From assembly GCA_001662655.1 (NCBI GenBank), contig KV460209.1: a stretch of DNA of 64,000 nucleotides. One strand, written 5' to 3'. Of the stretch, positions 61,242 to 64,000 are shown one piece after another (within the stretch, counting starts at the first letter, position 1; every line of letters starts with the position of its first letter). This DNA comes from Pseudogymnoascus verrucosus (Eukaryota). Under the pieces are notes generated by a model that was given only the letters and a program-made list of their open reading frames with translations, did no database searches and was not told the origin of the DNA. The translations under genes were made by a program, and so were the position numbers.

Positions 61242-62487
61242 TTAGTTGCCTGGGTTGGTGGCAACGAACTGGACACCCTTCTCGATGTTCTAGGGGGAGG
61301 AGTTAGCTGGGTGGTCTCTGTGAATTCATGGGGGAATGGGGTAAACAAACCTTCTTCAGGTCAGCGAGGGCAGCATCCAAAAGCTTCTGCTCCTCAGCAG
61401 AGACCTTGCCAACCTCGTGGATCTTCTCGACACCGCTTGGGCCGAGCTCGACCTTGGAGGCGAAGAAGTCAACACCCTGGTCCTTGTAGAGTGGGGAGTC
61501 AACGAAGGTTGGCTCAGTAACACCCTTCTCGCCCTGGGCAGCCTTGAGCAGCGACTCGGCGAAGCGAGCACCAGCCATGGCCATGGAGAGGGTGGCAGAT
61601 CCGGCACCATCCTTGGCCTTGACGACCTCATCACCACCGAACTGGACGCGGTTCAGGAGAGCAGCGTCACCGACAAGGTCGGCGTGCTTGCTCTGGGAGA
61701 AGAGGGGAACGATGGTGACACCGGAGTGACCACCGACAACGGTGATGGCCTCATCAGCGGGGTCGGTCTTCTTGATCTCGGAGACGAAGCGGGAAGCGCG
61801 GACGACATCGAGGGTGGTGACACCGAAAAGGCGCTTGGGGTTGTAGACACCAGCCTTCTTGAAGACCTCAGCAACGATGGGGACGGTGCTGTTGACTGGG
61901 TTGGCGATGACGAGGATGTTGGCGTTGGGGGCAGACTGGGCGGCGGCCTTGGCCAGGTCGCGGACGATGGAGGCGTTGGTGTTGAAGAGGTCATCACGGG
62001 TCATGCCTGGCTTGCGGGGAACACCGGCGGGGATCAGGACGATCTCGGCATCCTTAAGGGCGGCGGCGAGGCCGGATGGGGTGGGCTCGTAACCGGTGAC
62101 GTTGGAGCCGGTGTTGATGTGGGAGATATCAGCGGCGACACCTTTGGAGTCGAGTCAGTACGTTTTTTTGTGGACTCAATTGGACATGTGATGATGATGG
62201 GGGAGACGAACCTGGGCCTCCGCGGATGTCGTAGAGAGCGAGCTCAGTGACGCGGGGGTTGAGCTTGAGGAGGAGGGAGAGAGGCTGTCCAATGCCACCG
62301 GCAGCACCGAGGACAGTGACCTTAGAGAGCTATTCAAGTTGTGTTAGCAATTGCTTCATTCATTTCGGTCCGGCAGTGGGCGGCCGAGGTCTGAGAAATT
62401 TTGTCAACGGTGGCTTCTACTTACATCTCTGGCCGAGGCCGAGAAGGCGCGGCGCTGGGCGGCGCTGAAGGTGCGTGCTGCGAACAT
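61242..62487 (-). CDS. MDH1: Mitochondrial malate dehydrogenase
   Basis: Presequence [61 protein letters not shown] and GSATLSMA motifs; three introns. Confidence 0.96.
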
Positions 62488-63058
62488 GATGGGTTTTGTG
62501 AGGGTGGATTGGAGGAGAGGAATTGGGTATTTGTGGTTATGGATTGGAAAGAGAGAAAGGATGGCTCGGGAGAAATCGAAGGGAGAGCTGTTGGGAAATC
62601 GGCACGGACCGCACTATGATTTTGCTGTTCGCAGCCTGATATGGTAGGCACATATCACGTGTTGCGCGGATATTTCGTCATTCAGCCTGATCATGAAGCG
62701 TAATCGGAGGACCAAGCATTTTCATGGTATCCAATTGGCGTATAGTATGTGTTTGAAGCTCCCCTGCAGTTATAGCGATGGATTTCATATATTTCAAGAG
62801 TAGCGATAGAAGTTGTCACGAATGTGTTAGCTAATGTCGTGCATGGCGATGCAAATCGCCTGGCAGATCGGAGCTAATGTCGTGGTTGGGAGAAGATGAA
62901 ACAATCGATTGTCTCCTATGACTTCTTCATACTTTCTGACCAAAAGAAAACTTATAGATTATCACTCATTGACGAACGTTAAATCATCCAAAATTACCGC
63001 CATCGACCATCTCTCATTCCCAAGCCGGGAGGCCCTGAGCAATGGCAGCCCAAACATC

Positions 63059-64000
63059 CTAGGCCTCCACCTTCTCAACCCTCCTAGCATCTTCCTCGCT
63101 CTCCTTCGCGTTCACATCTCCATGACCACCCACCAAGGCATCCGCACCCACTGGGCGTCCTGTAACCTCGCGCAAGTCATCGTCGTGCTCGATGGCAAAC
63201 GATCTCTGCAGGTACTCCGGGCCGATGAAGGTAAGGACAATCACGTAAGCGTAAACGGCGCCCATGAAGATACAGATGACACGGCCGTACTATCAACCGT
63301 TAGCATGAACCACCTCCAAGGGTCTGTGGGACAACATACCTCATATCTCGACGCGTGAGTCTTGGGGTTGGGAGGCAGAGGGAACCTCTCGCCGATTGTC
63401 GACTCGATGGTCGAGCTAGCTGAGGAGACCAGGTTACCAAGTTGGTAACTGGTTCCGACAACAAAAGTGCGGAAAGCACCGGGGGAAAGTTCCATCAAGT
63501 GGATTGGGATAACTCCCCAGGCACCTTGGACGCAGAATTGCTCGAAGAACGCAGCTGCGTTGATGGCCGATGAAGATGTGAAGGTGTATGGGTATAGCAA
63601 GGCCCCGCCAATGATGCTGATGATGATAATGGAAAATCTGCGACCGAATATCTGCTTAGTGTTAGTGGAAATTATAGAATCATTAGAAGCGGGAGACATG
63701 CCTGCGAGCAGTAACCAATTGTGGTACCTCCTGTGATGGCTCCAAGATTTGCAACCACCTGAGTGACAGTTACGGCATTTGGAGAGTAGTTATACTGATT
63801 CGAAAGCATGGTGGGGTAAAGATCTTGAGATCCATGGCTCTAGAAATAAAGTTAGTCGCGTTATCATCAAGCCCAGCTTATCAGCGATCTTACCATGAAG
63901 TTGAATCCAGCCATGAGGAGAACCATGTAGGTCAACAAAAGCCAATGCTTCTTGAGCGCGACCTTGCCCTCCTTCATAAACGTGCCCGTAATACTACCCA
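63059..64000 (-). CDS. Carboxylic acid transporter Jen1 family (MFS), 3' part; 5' end lies outside the window
   Basis: LMAGFNFMSHGSQDLYPT, QFCVQGAWGVIPIHLMELSP, YQLGNL and FIGPE motifs; several introns. Confidence 0.9.

Noticed and set aside
55142..62250. Long antisense ORFs over ARC1 (55142-56314) and MDH1 (61417-62250), and similar ones over PI31 and the PNPOx-like gene
   Set aside because: Same codon-bias/skew artefact; each overlaps a well-supported gene.

Overview
Eukaryotic, intron-containing DNA from a filamentous ascomycete (Pezizomycotina; composition and gene content suggest a Leotiomycete such as Pseudogymnoascus, which is inference only). The window opens in a transition-eroded 28-bp tandem repeat and TpA-rich DNA. 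About 22 protein genes and one intron-containing tRNA-Gln(CTG) follow. The recognisable genes are EF-3, PI31, a YdfG/YMR226C-type SDR, DOHH/LIA1, RPA12, SCC2/Mis4, an intracellular GH5, NirA, a PNPOx-like FMN-binding protein, a bZIP-like factor, the PP4 catalytic subunit, a Coa2-like protein, an AA9 LPMO, an MDR oxidoreductase, XlnR, Arc1, a prolyl-4-hydroxylase-like oxygenase, mitochondrial MDH and a partial Jen1; several others are hypothetical. Most of the region is ordinary housekeeping DNA, and I found no clear multi-gene novel system. The best leads are: (i) an orphan protein of about 1,150 aa (35194-38741) that combines a PAM2-like motif, an internal ubiquitin/NEDD8-like LGLRGG site, three small helical repeats and tandem C-terminal SIM-like motifs; (ii) a putatively spliced, uORF-bearing xlnR leader inside a 5.5-kb gene-free interval; (iii) recurrent abrupt C-rich to G-rich skew pivots, both inside genes and in gene-free DNA. 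All splice sites were read by eye and no database searches were run.
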